DNA of 59,274 bases, filler included, from Dugesia japonica (taxonomy: Eukaryota): the NCBI GenBank assembly GCA_001938525.1. It is 4 parts of 4 records of this genome, joined end to end, with 100 filler letters (N's around TTAATTAATTAA, not from the genome) between each part and the next. Parts side by side here need not be neighbours in the genome. Positions count along the whole stretch, not along the records: positions 25,821 to 48,571 come from MQRL01643829.1; positions 48,672 to 59,274 come from MQRL01514137.1; 2 more parts are not named here. The stretch is one strand, 5' to 3'. The notes below the pieces were generated by a model. The model was not told where the DNA came from. It did no database searches and saw nothing but the letters and a program-made list of their open reading frames with translations. The translations under genes were made by a program, and so were the position numbers. Shown in pieces: positions 38,300-51,920 of the stretch (position 1 is its first letter; each line of letters starts with the position of its first letter).

Positions 38300-39640
38300 A
38301 TATTTCTCAGATCGATTATTTCTTGTTCAAGAATTGCTTTGTATTGTTCATAGTATTCACTTTTTTGTTAGTAATCCTAGACGATGTGGTCAAATTCCAG
38401 AGGTAATTTGTCGATGCTTGACTGAATCCCTGTCTTTGGATCCTATATCTACCAAAGTTCTCCATAATGGTAGTATTACTACGTCTGACTGGTTCTTCAT
38501 CCACTCTGCAAGAATTAATATGCCGCCACTTGGGTTTCAGCCACAATACAACAATACAGACCAACAATGTCGAAAATGCCACTCTGGGATAGAATCGCAA
38601 TGGCACATATTTGATCACTGACTTGCTAATCATTCTCTTCTCACCAGCCGTCAAAACACCGTATTGACATCCCCCGACTGCAAAGGAAACCGCTAACAGA
38701 GCCAACCTAGAAAAATACAAAGGACTTAGCCACGTATTGAAACATCTTCCATCTTGGAACAGCATTTCGAACCTTCAAAAATCTTCAAATATAGCTGTAA
38801 GATTCATTCTGAACGAGCACGGTATCTGCCTCAAAGTAGACTGGCCCAAAGATAGACTGATCACAAAGTATTCACAAAGCGTAATTTGAAGAAAACCTGC
38901 TTCAATCTCCACAGATTTTATCATCTCAACCAATTCCAATACTGATCTGACCAGATCAAAGCTGGAATTTCAGCTCCGCGATCTCGCGTGATCCGGCCTC
39001 TACTAAAGCTGTCCACAATAGCAGAATTATCATTTCTGATTGATATTTTATTCGCTCAGCACGTACTCACTGTCTCCCAATTAGAGCGCACCCACAATAC
39101 AAAGATAAAGAAAGGCTCTGTCGAAAATGTAAAGCAGTAGAAGAAACACAGCGTCACATATTTGGTCATTGCCCCTCCAACAGACCTTTTGTGATTAATA
39201 AACGCAATGACATTCTGTAACTGCTCTACAATGCTATACACTTCGAACAGCCAGACCACTTGATTCTAAATGATAAAAGATGTGAACTATCTTCCGCCAA
39301 ACTCCGCGTTGATCTCAAAGTGGAAAAAAAATCAAAACAACAACTTCATCTTATTCATGTCATGACACCCTATGATACTATTGGGATTATAGAAGAGGTT
39401 CAAAATGCTTATCTCACCAAATATGATTATCTACGAGCAAACTTACAACGCCTTCTACCGAAATGAAAAATTCAACAAGACACCTTCATTGTAGGCTGCC
39501 TAAATAGTTGGCACCAAAGGAACAATCAGATTCTTCAAAAATAAAACATTTCTGCAAAATCTGAAAATAAATTAAAGCTCAAATGCATCGCCTCAAACCT
39601 CACTTGGGTCAGCCCAAATATGGCATGCACATTACACACT
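38300..39640 (+). mobile_element. Two tandem 3' fragments of an RLE-type (NeSL/R2-like) non-LTR retrotransposon
   Basis: DWFFIHSAR...CRKCHSGIESQWHI zinc knuckle; second copy with LRVDL...HLIHVMTPYD...TFIVGCLNSW restriction-like endonuclease. Confidence 0.85.
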
Positions 39641-39659
39641 TAAAACAGCAAACTAATCT

Positions 39660-41260
39660 AAAAGTTTTGAAAATGTGAAACAACTTTGAGACCCGCAATA
39701 AACTAAAATTTCTCAACTACTCTATCCTTAAAAAGCCTGGTGTTTTCCTATCAGCCCACAAAGATCTCAAACTTAATATTAAAACTAAAACCCTCCTCAA
39801 AAGACTCCATAGTAAACTCAATACTCAAATGTCCACAGAAATAACATCTAATACAGAAGAAACCTCAGAAAATTGCCCTGTTGACATCTATTCAGATAAA
39901 ATACCTCTCATTATAGAAGAAAAACAACTACTTCCGGATTCTAATCCTTCCACGGAATCCACACATTTATCTGAACTCCTCTCGGAGTCAATAGATATTA
40001 CGGAGTAAGATATCCTTCCGGAACTACATAGCAACTGCGTGACCAATCGCACTCACAGCCACGAAGCAAACATTGTTACTTCCACCCCCGGGAAAAATAA
40101 CTCATCGACTAACATATGAAGTTCAGGCATCACCATCGGCTCGAACCACCGGACTGTGAAAAAGCCGTCTGATAACCATCAAATCTGTTTCAGTGACGCT
40201 CAAATCGAAGCGTTCACTTTGAATTTTCTCGATGCATCTTTTGCTGCTTTTATTCCTCTGTGAGCCACTCAATATGCCACCAGATATAATATCTCTATAT
40301 CCACTGTCTGGAAAGAAGACACTATAAATCTCGACAAAATGATCTTTGCCACTATTCATGGCAATCAAAATAATTGGCTCTTAATCTTCATTGACAACCT
40401 CATCGCTACTATTATTGACCAAATTGTTGACATTAATAATGATTTAACAGTCTGTAAAGAAAATAAACTCACCTGCAAACTTATCGACAATTCCTAAACC
40501 CATCTAGCATCAACTACAATCTAATGCATATGATTGCGAGCCTCTTGTATGTAGTTATATACAACTGCTCTAAGCGAAGAAATCACTCTTCGACGCAAAT
40601 AATCAATACATTCGCCAATGGGTGAATGAACCTACAATGGGTAGTGAATCTACAAGCCTGAATCAGATCCACCTGTACAAACCTCTATATTGGAAGCTGA
40701 TAAGGGTTGTGGATCCCAATATACTATTCCTGCTGACTCTATGTGTCTCCCGATATACTTAATAATAATAATCCTATATCAATTCCCGTGGCCTATCTAG
40801 ATATCTTGGATGCTTTTGGGTCTATCCCAATATCACATATCTCTGGCATCTTATCCCAAATGGGTATCAAAAATGCTATCTAGAGATCTTATTACTGCAG
40901 TCAACAACGGATGCTCATACACCTGCAATCACACTTCTACCTCGTTCATTCCTAATAATAGAGGGATTCAGCAAGGTTGCCTACTCGCCATGATTTCATT
41001 CAACGTCGGGTCAAATCCAATCTTGATTAAATGTGACAATCTTCCAAATGCTGGAGTTCATCTTGCCACGCACAAAATCTCTCTTCTAGTCTATGCTGAT
41101 GACATCGTGTAAATCGCGGACAGTCACATAACGTTCCAAAAAATGGTCAATACAGCCTTTCATTGGTCAGCATCGAGCAGCTTAAAATTCAACGCATCAA
41201 AAAGTGGGTACCAAGCCTACTACTCTCATGGTGACAAAAATATTATAATCCTCAATCAAG
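39660..41260 (+). mobile_element. NeSL-like non-LTR element 5' part: decayed C2H2 finger, Ulp1-like protease, reverse transcriptase
   Basis: FETRNKL finger remnant; MIFATIHGNQNNWLLIFID...QLQSNAYDCEPLVC; RGIQQGCLLAMISFN...LLVYADDIV. Confidence 0.8.
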
Positions 41261-42089
41261 CTGTTGGGGAAAACCAAAATCAAAATTGACACACAGCAAA
41301 CAAATCACATGCACATATTTATATAACATAAAGAANNNNNNNNNNNNNNNNNNNNNNNNNNNNNNNNNNNNNNNNNNNNNNNNNNNNNNNNNNNNNNNNN
41401 NNNNNNNNNNNNNNNNNNNNNNNNNNNNNNNNNNNNNNNNNNNNNNNNNNNNNNNTTCTTAATTGTAAATTTTTATTATTATCAATCTGAACTTCAATTG
41501 ATTTTTATTTAATTGATTTTTATTATTATTATTTATTGTGTATTTGATATGTATAATTTATCACAAAATTTTTAAACAATGTATATTTGGAATTTTCAAA
41601 TCATGTATAAAATTTTTAATATAAATAATGATAGTGTATATTTGGAATTTTCAAAACATGTACAAAATTTTCACTATAAACAATGATTGATGTTTAATGG
41701 AATTTTTATAATATTTTGGTAAATTTATGGAAAATTTTTGTAAGTTATATTTATTTTTGAATGATGATCATTTAAATTATTTTTAAAATATTTTGGTAAA
41801 AATACTGATTGAAATTTTAGTCAATCACCCTCTTTTTTTTAAAGTCATACAACAGTTTGAATTGTCTTTTAATTCACAACTGGTACTAAAAATATTATCG
41901 CTTGTAATTGTATAATTGAATTAAAATATAATTTGAATTTTAAAAGTAATTTTATTTTTATTCTTTGATAAGGTCTACTATATACTATATTTATAATCTA
42001 TAGTATCTATAATAAACATATTAAGGCTTATAGGAATTTATTATAGACTTTAATATATTGGGATTTTTTCAATTAATAGTTAAACTCAC

Positions 42090-43560
42090 GCATTGTTGAC
42101 GTATCTTGCCAAAATCCCACAAGGTATCTCAACAATGCCATTCCTAACATTCTCTACCTCAATGCCTATCATTATATTGGTGTCAACATTGGAAAAAATA
42201 AAAAACACACTCATGTGCCTGTCTTGAGAAAATCTTTCATTCTCTTCTCCTACCATTACAAAAGAATCGTGCCTACCGAACACTCTTACACTCCCGCTTT
42301 GCTTTTTGTTTTAGTAATTTCAATATCTCAAACCGGGAGTTTTATATTCACAATGGAAATCGATATTTAGAAAAGATTACTTGTCAACGGGGTATTGATC
42401 CAGAAATCAGACATCATCCTTAAACGCTTATCTCTATGCCCCCATGAAATATGAAGGACTTAGTCTTATTTCTGCTAGATCAGAGTATAAAATCTATTGT
42501 CCATACCTTTCGAAGCCTCAACTGTTCCGACAGCACTACTGATAGTTGCCTCTTCAGCGCTTGAAAAGCAGCACAATCTCACCTTAATCATGCAACAATT
42601 CCATCCATAGGAGAAAAATTAGACTGACTCAGTTTTGGAGATCGTGAGTTCTTGGTGGAATAAAATAAGAAATAGTGTTCTGCACCTAACAAACGATTGC
42701 AANATCAACATTCGATTTCTATAAAACGAAAATGGCATCTGTTTCAAAGTTAACTGCAGCTTCGACAATAAACTATTTAAGAAGCTCCATAAAAGTGTTG
42801 TCTGCTTCAATATCCATAAAATCTACCAATCCCCTCAATTTCCCATCTGGGCCGATCAAATCAAAGCCGGGAAATGTGCGTTGTCCATCGCTTAAGATCC
42901 CATCTCTGCGAAGGCCATCCATACATGGCATGTCAACATCACTGACTGGTATTTCGTCCATCAAGCCAGAACTCACATGCTACCGGTTAAACTCCAACCT
43001 CAATTTAATGAGACTGATCAATTATACAGGAAATGTGGCACCGCAAGAGAATCTCAAAGTCATGTTTTGTGTCATTGCCCTGCTAATCGCCAAACAATCT
43101 TAAACAGACATAATGCCATTCTACAAATACTATTTAAGTCAATCAATATCGAACATTCCGAATGGCTAATCCTTAAGGATAAACGCTGAAATCTATCTTG
43201 CACGCTGCTCCTTGTGGACATCCAAATTAAAATAAAATTAAAGGAATTGCACCTAGTCGATGTCAAAACTCATTATGACTTTGCTAACTCACTGCAGATG
43301 GTCCACGAAGCAAATGTCAAGAAATACGAAAGTCTCAAATCCGAAATCCGATAACATCTTCCGATCATGGAAAATAAAACTCAATACCTTCGTGGTCGGC
43401 TGCTTGGGAAGTTGGAGACCAGAAAATGATAGTCTCCTAAAATCTCTCCTGATCTCAAATACCTGTCAACAAAATAAAAGGTCTTTGTGTCTCCTCCAAA
43501 ATCAAATAAAGCTGCATCACTTGAAGAGTACACATTCTTTCAAATCTCAATAGCAACCAA
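42090..43560 (+). mobile_element. NeSL/R2-like non-LTR element 3' part (RT end, zinc knuckle, RLE)
   Basis: DWYFVHQAR...RKCGTARESQSHVLCHC...RHNAIL...VDI...HLVDVKTHYD...TFVVGCLGSW. Confidence 0.88.
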
Positions 43561-44079
43561 CCAACATACTCTGAGTTTCTCAATTCCAACGAACAACTCA
43601 TCAAAGAAAAAGAAAAACAACTCGTTCAATTCCCAACAGAGCACCCTTTGGAATCACATGAAAAGATCGAGATGGACTGGAAAACAATGACAGAGACAAA
43701 TCTATATTTGTATGTTTTATTTTACACTTCTGCTCTTTCTGGACTTGTATTTATATTCTCTTTGAATCAATCCCCCGGCGCTCTAGCCATCGGATTGATG
43801 ATTAATGCCTCGGCATCGACTGTAAATGTAAATATGAAGCAAATATATTTTTGTAAGTACTGACTGCTGCGGTGTAACGGCAAAGATGAACGTAGTTAAG
43901 TTTGTAGAAAGCCCGTGAGAGTAGTACTAACTGCTGCGTCGAAACGGGATTGGAAAACGTAATTTACTATGTATATGTACAATTGATGGGTGGTCAATCA
44001 CGATATGGAGGGTGATTAATTAAACCAGGCGGTAAATAATTGAAGTAGAGGCCAACAACAATGCGAATTGCTAGCTAGG

Positions 44080-44500
44080 ATGAACATGAACTCAGACCTA
44101 CTCAGAGGTGGTTCAACATGATGATTCAAGCCTAATATGCTCAAATGTATTCCAACATGTTCAGATATGATTGAACATGCTTGTCCCGCTCAGCTTAGCT
44201 CAGATCTAATCAAATCAACCCAAATGTGCTCCGATATGTTCAGATATGATTGAAAATGCGCGTTTCGATCAAATCAACTCAAATCTACTCAGAAAAGCTA
44301 AATAAACTCAGTTATCATATGCTCAAAAGATTTGCGATAGACTAAATATTATCAGATTTATTCTAACATCATTGGATCTCTCTGAATGTGCTCATTGTCC
44401 TCAATATATTTGATTATGTTTATATTATATTCAAGAATTTTATTTCACTTCGCGAACTTAGATGTATTCCAAGATTCTCAAATATGCTCATATACTCCCA
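44080..44500 (+). repeat. Degenerate ~10-bp-period tandem repeat
   Basis: ATG(C/T)TCA(G/A)AT-like units; ATGTTCAGATATGATTGAA occurs twice. Confidence 0.6.
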
Positions 44501-44989
44501 TACAATTGAATAAAGTATATGTAGTCAGGTCACGCTCCTAGATAATAAATGATATAAACACATCAATGGTTCTCAAACGATAAATGAAAACTGACTAACT
44601 ATTTTTAAGGTAAAATTGGTATAGTGTATTTAGAAAAGTTGGTAGCAATGTAATGCTCTCAAAAAAATCTATAACAATATGATACTCTCAGCCAAAATCA
44701 CAGAAAACCTTATGCACTCTGATAGAAACAGATAATGAAATCACATTATCATCAATAGAACTGCAACTTATTTTATGTACCCTTTGTCATGGTTAATGTA
44801 ATAAATATTTATATCATTATTTCTCTCATTTTTAAAAGGCAAACAATACAGGATTATGTTTGATTTTGATCATTTTAGACCTTCTATCGCTCACATAACA
44901 AGAACCTAAACTAAATCGGTACGCGCCTGCTTTTTTCGATAAAAGTCACCGACGCTGCCGCGAAGACTGGTTTCAGGACGACTGAGTAA

Positions 44990-46200
44990 ATTATGGGCGG
45001 GTATGGATAATCCCTAGATTCAAGTAAATAAAATAAAGTCCATGCCTCAAAATTATTATTATTATTAATATTATTATTAATGTAATGATCCTTATTATAA
45101 AGAAATAATTATTATTTAATAATTTAAGTCAACAGAAAGTGATTAAATTGAATATTAAAATTTAATCAATTCTAACCACTTATATATTTATCTTATCAAG
45201 TATATGTTGAAGTAGAAAAATAAATTATGTCTCAAAATAATAGTTTTGATATAGAAAATGAATTATGAATTGAAGATTTACCTAACACTTATTATGTTTA
45301 TTAATTAAATCGAACAAGCACTCGTTATGTGTCCAATTAATCTAGTTTTTCCAAAGTCTGAATCAGCTACGAAAACAGTTGATTAGACAAAGCACCAGCA
45401 GGTTAGACACGGGATTTAGAAAATCCAAATCTTGTTTCAATCATCAGGTAACCAGGTACATGAGAAATGATGATACGTGGTAAATCGAGATTTATCAGGC
45501 GAGTAAGTGTGCGAGTAAAAAGAAATGTTACTGGTGAAAGACAGTGTGCGTGTACTGCGATAGGAATCAGACGTGTAGGTATGCGGTGAGATGCACTTGA
45601 AACAAGAAGCCCACTAGGAGTTGGCATTACGAAATAATATGCGTAAGTTATTAGTTGCAAGGTGATGGATACGACAATCAATAGGGTAACTGCTAATAAC
45701 GTCGTAGATACAGCGATTAACTAATAATGATGCTAGTAAATCATTTGACCAAACTGATATAAATGCAGTGTGCGGAGAAATAGATTAAAATAAATTCTAT
45801 TCACAATTGTTTATATCCGTCTACCGAATTTTAGTGTGGGCAAATTATCGAATTTCATATCGAATCCAGTTGAAAAAAATACTAATTTTTTAGTTTTATT
45901 TTTTAGGTAGAATGTAACAAAAGTTCACCAAGTGACAGGACAGCGAAACAATGATCGGGCTCTTAACACAAAAAACAGTAAATTCATTTCGAACATTAAT
46001 TGAGAATTGTTGGCAATGAAATGAATAAAAGCAGCAAATTAATTTCGAACGTAAATTGAGAATTGTGGGCATTAAAATGAGAAAGCATAAAATTGATTTC
46101 GAGCATAAATTGAGAATTGTTGACAATAAAATAAAAGCAGAAAGTAAACCTCGAAAGTAAATGGAAATTGCCTTGATTGAAGCAAGATTAAGAAAACGCT
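44990..46200 (+). repeat. Unclassified dispersed element, partial copy E with ~45-50-bp tandem repeats
   Basis: 45330-45450 aligns with 36346-36470; CAAGTG...ATGATCGG block as at 17241; about four AATTTCGAAC.TAAATTGAGAATTG units at 45975-46160. Confidence 0.55.
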
Positions 46201-46939
46201 TGAATCGGGAGTATGATGATGATGATGATGATGAGTAAAAGTAAAATACGGAGTGGTAAGTGTTATGATTATGGGAGCAGTCATGCGCGGCACTGTCAGT
46301 CGTCTGTTGAAAGATGTGTATTGATCAATATAACTTTTCATTCTTAAATATCTGTGAATGCGTTATTTGAACTTGGTCATATACATTTATTTCAATTAAT
46401 CGAAAGCAATTTTTATGAATTTATGAATTTAAATTATTTTTTACACATTTAAATAGTAATTTGATCATGACTTTAGAACATCGAAAGCGAATATACAATT
46501 TTATAATAATAGTCAATTATAGGTTCTGATATAACAAAAATAGTTTTTGATTAATGATCATTTTTATTATTTACCGATTGCATGGCCTAACTAATTTTGA
46601 TTCACAATTAGGTTGAAAGATCAATATTATTTATTTTACGAATATTTTAATGACTTAGGATAATTGCTTTAGGAATTTAATTAATTAAATATGATAATAT
46701 CTCAGTTAAGTTTAATTTGATAAGAATTGAAATAGTTTAGGTGAAATATTTATAATAAAAATTTGAGATAATTCTTCAGTAATAATTTTTAATTCAATNT
46801 GGTTTTNATTCCATATAAATTTCAATGATCTAGTTTAATCTAGTATTTAGTTTGATATATATTAGGAAATTTTGGTTATTTAATTACTTAGTGAGCTTAT
46901 AACATTATTGTAAAGGGTTGTAGAATGACTTGATGAGAA

Positions 46940-47610
46940 TTATCTATTGCACCAGCTTAATTGTTATGGAAGAGCCAGTGTTTGCTCGCCAGGCAATGGA
47001 TTTCCTTATCGATATCAACCCAAATTGCCTAATCACACTAGCCTTGAAACCCACCTGTTTTAAAAAAAAGACTCGTTTTCTATTATTATCTATGACTATT
47101 TTGATATTATAAGAAGTGTGATAGGGAATCTTCACATCTAAAAGGATAACACGCTTAGTCCCGCTATTTTATCAGCTAAAGATCGATGAGATCAGTTCTG
47201 TTGACAAATTCACAAGTCTGGTCGACAATGACCTTATAACTGGTGTTGGATTTAACAAAGCTGGCAAGCAGCTCAAGCACATCATTGTGTTTTCCAATTC
47301 GGAATGAAGAAGGACCACAATGACAAAATTTGTGCTTGAGTTTCGAGATGAAAAGAGCATTTCCTGCAGGATTTAAAAGGCATACCATGATTGCTCCTTA
47401 CAAGAAGGGTGATTGTTCTTGCCTTATGAATGAAACTCCAGCTTTCCATATTGATAGATCCATCAAATAGCGGCTTAGTTGAGAGAGGTGAAGCCCCGAT
47501 TGCAGTTGACAGCCTTCCTGCCTTCAACAAACTGCTCCACTTTCTCGTGTGAGAGCTTTGATTAAACCAGTGAAACCCATCTGTGTCAACAAACCAAGAA
47601 TATGCTCAAT
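46940..47610 (-). mobile_element. RLE-type non-LTR retrotransposon 3' fragment
   Basis: WSFIHKAR...SCRKCSFHLETQAQIL...HNDVL...IDL...ILLDVKIPY. Confidence 0.85.
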
Positions 47611-48671
47611 TGTTAATCTACCGAAGCATCAGCTATATCGAAAAATGCGACATGCAAGTTAAACTTGACAACTCTGAATCTATGTAAAATAAAGGTACTA
47701 ATAATACTAATTTTATTAATAATTCTAAAAATGAAATGGAAAATTTTCTTAAAATATTTTCGAATTTGGAAATAAATGGTGATTTTAAAAATACTGATCA
47801 TCGTGGTAACATTTCATTGTGCTACTACCACAAAAAAATTGGAAATGCCGCCTTTAAATTTAACAAGTCGTGTAAGCACTACTCACAAAGAAGCATGCCT
47901 AATGATCTCCTTATTGATTTGGATAACAAAAATGTAAAAGCTTCCCGTTTAGTAAGATTTCTTAGTGATTATAAAAAGTTTCCAAAATTGGATGTCAAAT
48001 TCTACAAAGATTGTGATAGATCCTTAAATCACATTTCGGATCAAAACAAAGATTTGGCAAAAATCTTGCATATGATCCTTTGGGATTTTGAAAATAGCAG
48101 GGAATAAGAAATTCATTCTGAACTCTATTTCCAAAGACCTCAATATTTTAGCTGCAAATTATTCTGATAAAGGCTAAGTTTTACAGATGATGCTAGGACA
48201 TATTGTTGAAATTGCAACTGACCTGAATATGCAAGAAGTTGCTTGCGTTCAACAGGCAGCAGGATCCCTTATTGTTATTGAGGATAATGCGGTTATGCAG
48301 GACAAAATTCCAGATGCCAGCACACACTTAGAGAACCCACGGTTAAAAAGTCTGGTAACACAAGAAAAAATCTCTGGTGACGACAGCAACAAGGATCGAA
48401 GAAATCCTCAAATAAAGGCGCTAGATTAATGAAAAAAGAAGAACCTGCTCAGCATATGATAAATATCAAAAAACGAGCAACGGATTTTGTTATAAGTAAA
48501 TTTATCGAATAGAAAAATTTAGATTTTATCAGAGTTTATGATAAATTAGTCTCTGATGATCCAACGCATTCNNNNNNNNNNNNNNNNNNNNNNNNNNNNN
48601 NNNNNNNNNNNNNNNTTAATTAATTAANNNNNNNNNNNNNNNNNNNNNNNNNNNNNNNNNNNNNNNNNNNN

Positions 48672-50461
48672 TTTTATCCTTTCTTTTATTTTATTTAGAT
48701 CGTATATAAACAAGAAAATAGTAGCTAATGTTGGAGCCCATAAGGAACCCATTGCTACTCCATCAACCTATCTTTACAATTCACCATGAAAAAGAAATTG
48801 AACATTCTATGCTGCGTAAGTTAAAAGATCAAGAAACGCTATAATATAGCTGCTATATAATCTAAAGAGGATTTATTAGGATTAAACTCACTCCATATTT
48901 CACAACACAAATCTTTAGTCTCTNNNNNNNNNNNNNNNNNNNNNNNNNNNNNNNNNNNNNNNNNNNNNNNNNNAATAAATAAATAAACATATAGATTTCC
49001 AGCAGTTGAGACTGTTGTTAATATAATTTCATATGATTTGCAAGCCTAATAATCTTTGGATATACCATTTTCCTCGAATTCGGCATTGTTTTACTCAATC
49101 AGACAATTATATAATTTGTTTTATAGACTACTCCGACATGTTTTGTTTTCTTACAAATCTTTTCGATCGGTTGCCCTTGAAACAAGTGGCGTTATTTTTG
49201 ATTCTTTTTATCCTTTCTTTTATTTTATTTAGATCGTATATAAACAAGAAAATAGAAGCTAATGTTGGAGCCAATAAGGAACCCATTGCTACTCCATTAA
49301 CCTATCTTTACAATTCACCATGAAAAAGAAATTGAACATTATATGCTGCGTAAGTTAAAAGATCAAGAAACGCTATAATATATCTGCTATATAATCTAAA
49401 GAGGATTTATTAGGATTAAACTCACTCCATATTTCACAACACAAATCTTTAGTCTCTTTTAATGGAACATTAACAAATAAACTTGTTACATCAAATGAGA
49501 CCATGAAACAATCCATACTAGCCAATGGATACAGAGAAATGAAATATGAAAATTCATAACTATCTTTGAACTTAAATTTAGATGTAAATTTAAGTTCAAA
49601 GATTTAATAAGATCATCTAACAATTTGGTAACTTTATCATNNNNNNNNNNNNNNNNNNNNNNNNNNNNNNNNNNNNNNNNNNNNNNNNNNNNNNNATTTT
49701 CGCAGGTTGTAAACATCTAGGACATCATTTCTGAAAATATCTTTAGTAATGTTATCAATTTTTTAACAATTTAATAAGCAAAGAAATCAAATATTCCTCA
49801 TCATTAAATAATGGAAATTTAGCATTTTTTTCGCAAATGACCAGTTTTCAAAAATTGAGAACTATTTAAAATAGATAACAATTTATCAATATAATCCTTA
49901 TGTTTTACAATTGTAATTATTGCGAGAATAATTGTTGGACGTAACCATTGATCGTTTTATAGAATTAATTAAAATAAAAGCTTCGATCAAAAATTATTTT
50001 TTGTTTTAGATAATAATTACAATTTTCGACTTTGTCTTNNNNNNNNNNNNNNNNNNNNNNNNNNNNNNNNCTTATGATTCAGAATAACAAATCCATTAAC
50101 TTTATCAAATTTACAAACCTTAATATTTTTTGAAGATAAGTTTTTCAATATTAAATAGTCTTTATTATCTTGTTTATTATTTTTTGAAAAATATTTCAGT
50201 GTTTTTAAAAAACATGTGTTTTAAATAATTTAAACATGAACCATTTTTAATATTAGAATTTTCATTCTTTTTTGAAAAAAAATTGAAAATTGATTCAATT
50301 TTAGACTTAAATCTAACATGGCTTATTTTTTTCTTCATACCCTGTCTTGGTTCATAACGCAAAATTTTAATTTTATTATCATTTAATTTAATATCACTCA
50401 TATTTAAAACAGTATATTTTATATTAAATTTATATACGCCAAATAATTTTCTAAGTTTCAT
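48672..50461 (-). mobile_element. Penelope-like element, N-terminal region and reverse transcriptase remnant
   Basis: TVLNMSDIKL N-terminal motif; MVSFDVTSLFVNVPLKET (RT motif A); GVAMGSLLAPTLA (motif B). Confidence 0.85.
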
Positions 50462-50565
50462 TGTGCAGTGATTTTATTGAAGTTTAAGTTTAAAGAATTA
50501 CTAATCACAATCTCATAAGGTTATAAATATGTTCAATAATAAATTTATAACCCTTTTAGGCTTGT

Positions 50566-50854
50566 GATCTTGTCCATCATTTAAAATGTAATGGGTGTAA
50601 CGCCACATACATGGGAAAGACTTCCTGTCATCTCTGCATCAGAGTATAGTTGATATTGTGAAAAAAGTAATATTGTTGAGCATCGGAGAAAATGTAGAAA
50701 ATCAATAGGGTATTCTGATTTTAAAATTCTGAGCAGTGGATTTAATAATTATTGGGAGAGAGTGACGTGTGAAGCTTTGTTGATAAGGTCATTTAATCCT
50801 AAAATTAATGTTCAGTTGACGGATTCTCCATCGCTTTTACAATTATTTTATTGA
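50566..50854 (+). mobile_element. Penelope-like GIY-YIG endonuclease 3' fragment
   Basis: LVHHLKCNGCNATYMGKTSCHLCIRV...SNIVEH...FKILS...EALLIRSFNPKINVQ. Confidence 0.9.
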
Positions 50855-50931
50855 ATTTTTTATTGAGATTGCACAATTGAAATGATATAATCATTTAAAC
50901 CTTATAAATAGTTTGTTTTAATAATCATTAA

Positions 50932-50972
50932 TTGCCTGACGATGACGATTATTCTGTTGAAATTAATTGCAG
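50932..50972 (+). ncRNA. Minimal type I hammerhead ribozyme (Penelope-associated)
   Basis: UUGC-CUGACGA-U-GAC[loop]GUU-GAAA-UUAA-UU-GCAG: complete core, 4-bp stem I, palindromic loop III; AATAAA follows. Confidence 0.75.
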
Positions 50973-51920
50973 CGAATAAATATATTTGTTAAATGGCGTT
51001 CTTTTATTTTTATATCTAATTTTGATATTATTTATAATTTATTATCAAAGTTCATGTCGACGATCGAAAACAAAGAAAAAATAGCGTTTAGCACATGAAA
51101 ATTTATAATAAGCAATTATTATCTTCAATGTAGATTTCTAATTTGAAATAAATACGAAAATAAATCGCTGAAATACTACTTATAAAAATAATATCCAACA
51201 TTGATATATTTTATCACAAAATTAAATCCGATTTCTTAATTTAATCTCTAACCGAAACTAACAAAATCAAATTGACTAAAGGCTTCATTGGTGAAATCAA
51301 TAAAATGGTTTACAAAATTAATATTGATCATTTCAATCAATAAATTAGTATATTTGAAGTTATATTGGGAAAATATTTGAATTACCAACATAAAACTTTA
51401 TTCAAATTACTAAATTCACGGATTTAATCAGTTGAAATCAATTACAATTTGTGTTGATAATTGATTTAATTATAATTTCAATTTATGCTATGTTCAATCA
51501 ACTCCAAACTGAATCAGCTAATTTTCATTAATTTAATTGATTTATTTTGATTTCCACTGTTTATTTTCTTTCAACAACCAAGTTAAACATTAATTTTAGT
51601 CGATAATTTGTAAGAACAAGAATTATATTTGTTTTTAAATAATTGATTAAATTTAAACTAAAATCAAAGGATATCAATAAAACAAGTTTCGGGTTTTAGT
51701 AAGTAGCATTTATACTATTTCTTTCAGAAAATTGTCAAATAGTGACTGTGAATCTGAAGTTCTCAAAAACAAGAAAACCATTGAGAAATTCCTTCTCTAA
51801 TATCAATTGAAAAATAAGTTGTTATAAATTATTAATCTGGGATCTGTTATAAGAATAATATTGTCCATGTAAAATTCACCTATTAGAAACAGTTCGATAT
51901 AAAATCTGTTATTACTGCAT

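Noticed and set aside
46072-46341. ORF with a poly-His tract
   Set aside because: The His run is an (ATG)n microsatellite; no other coding support.
48672-49460. ~250-bp direct duplication in the Penelope RT
   Set aside because: Bounded by N gaps; likely allelic or redundant contig ends.
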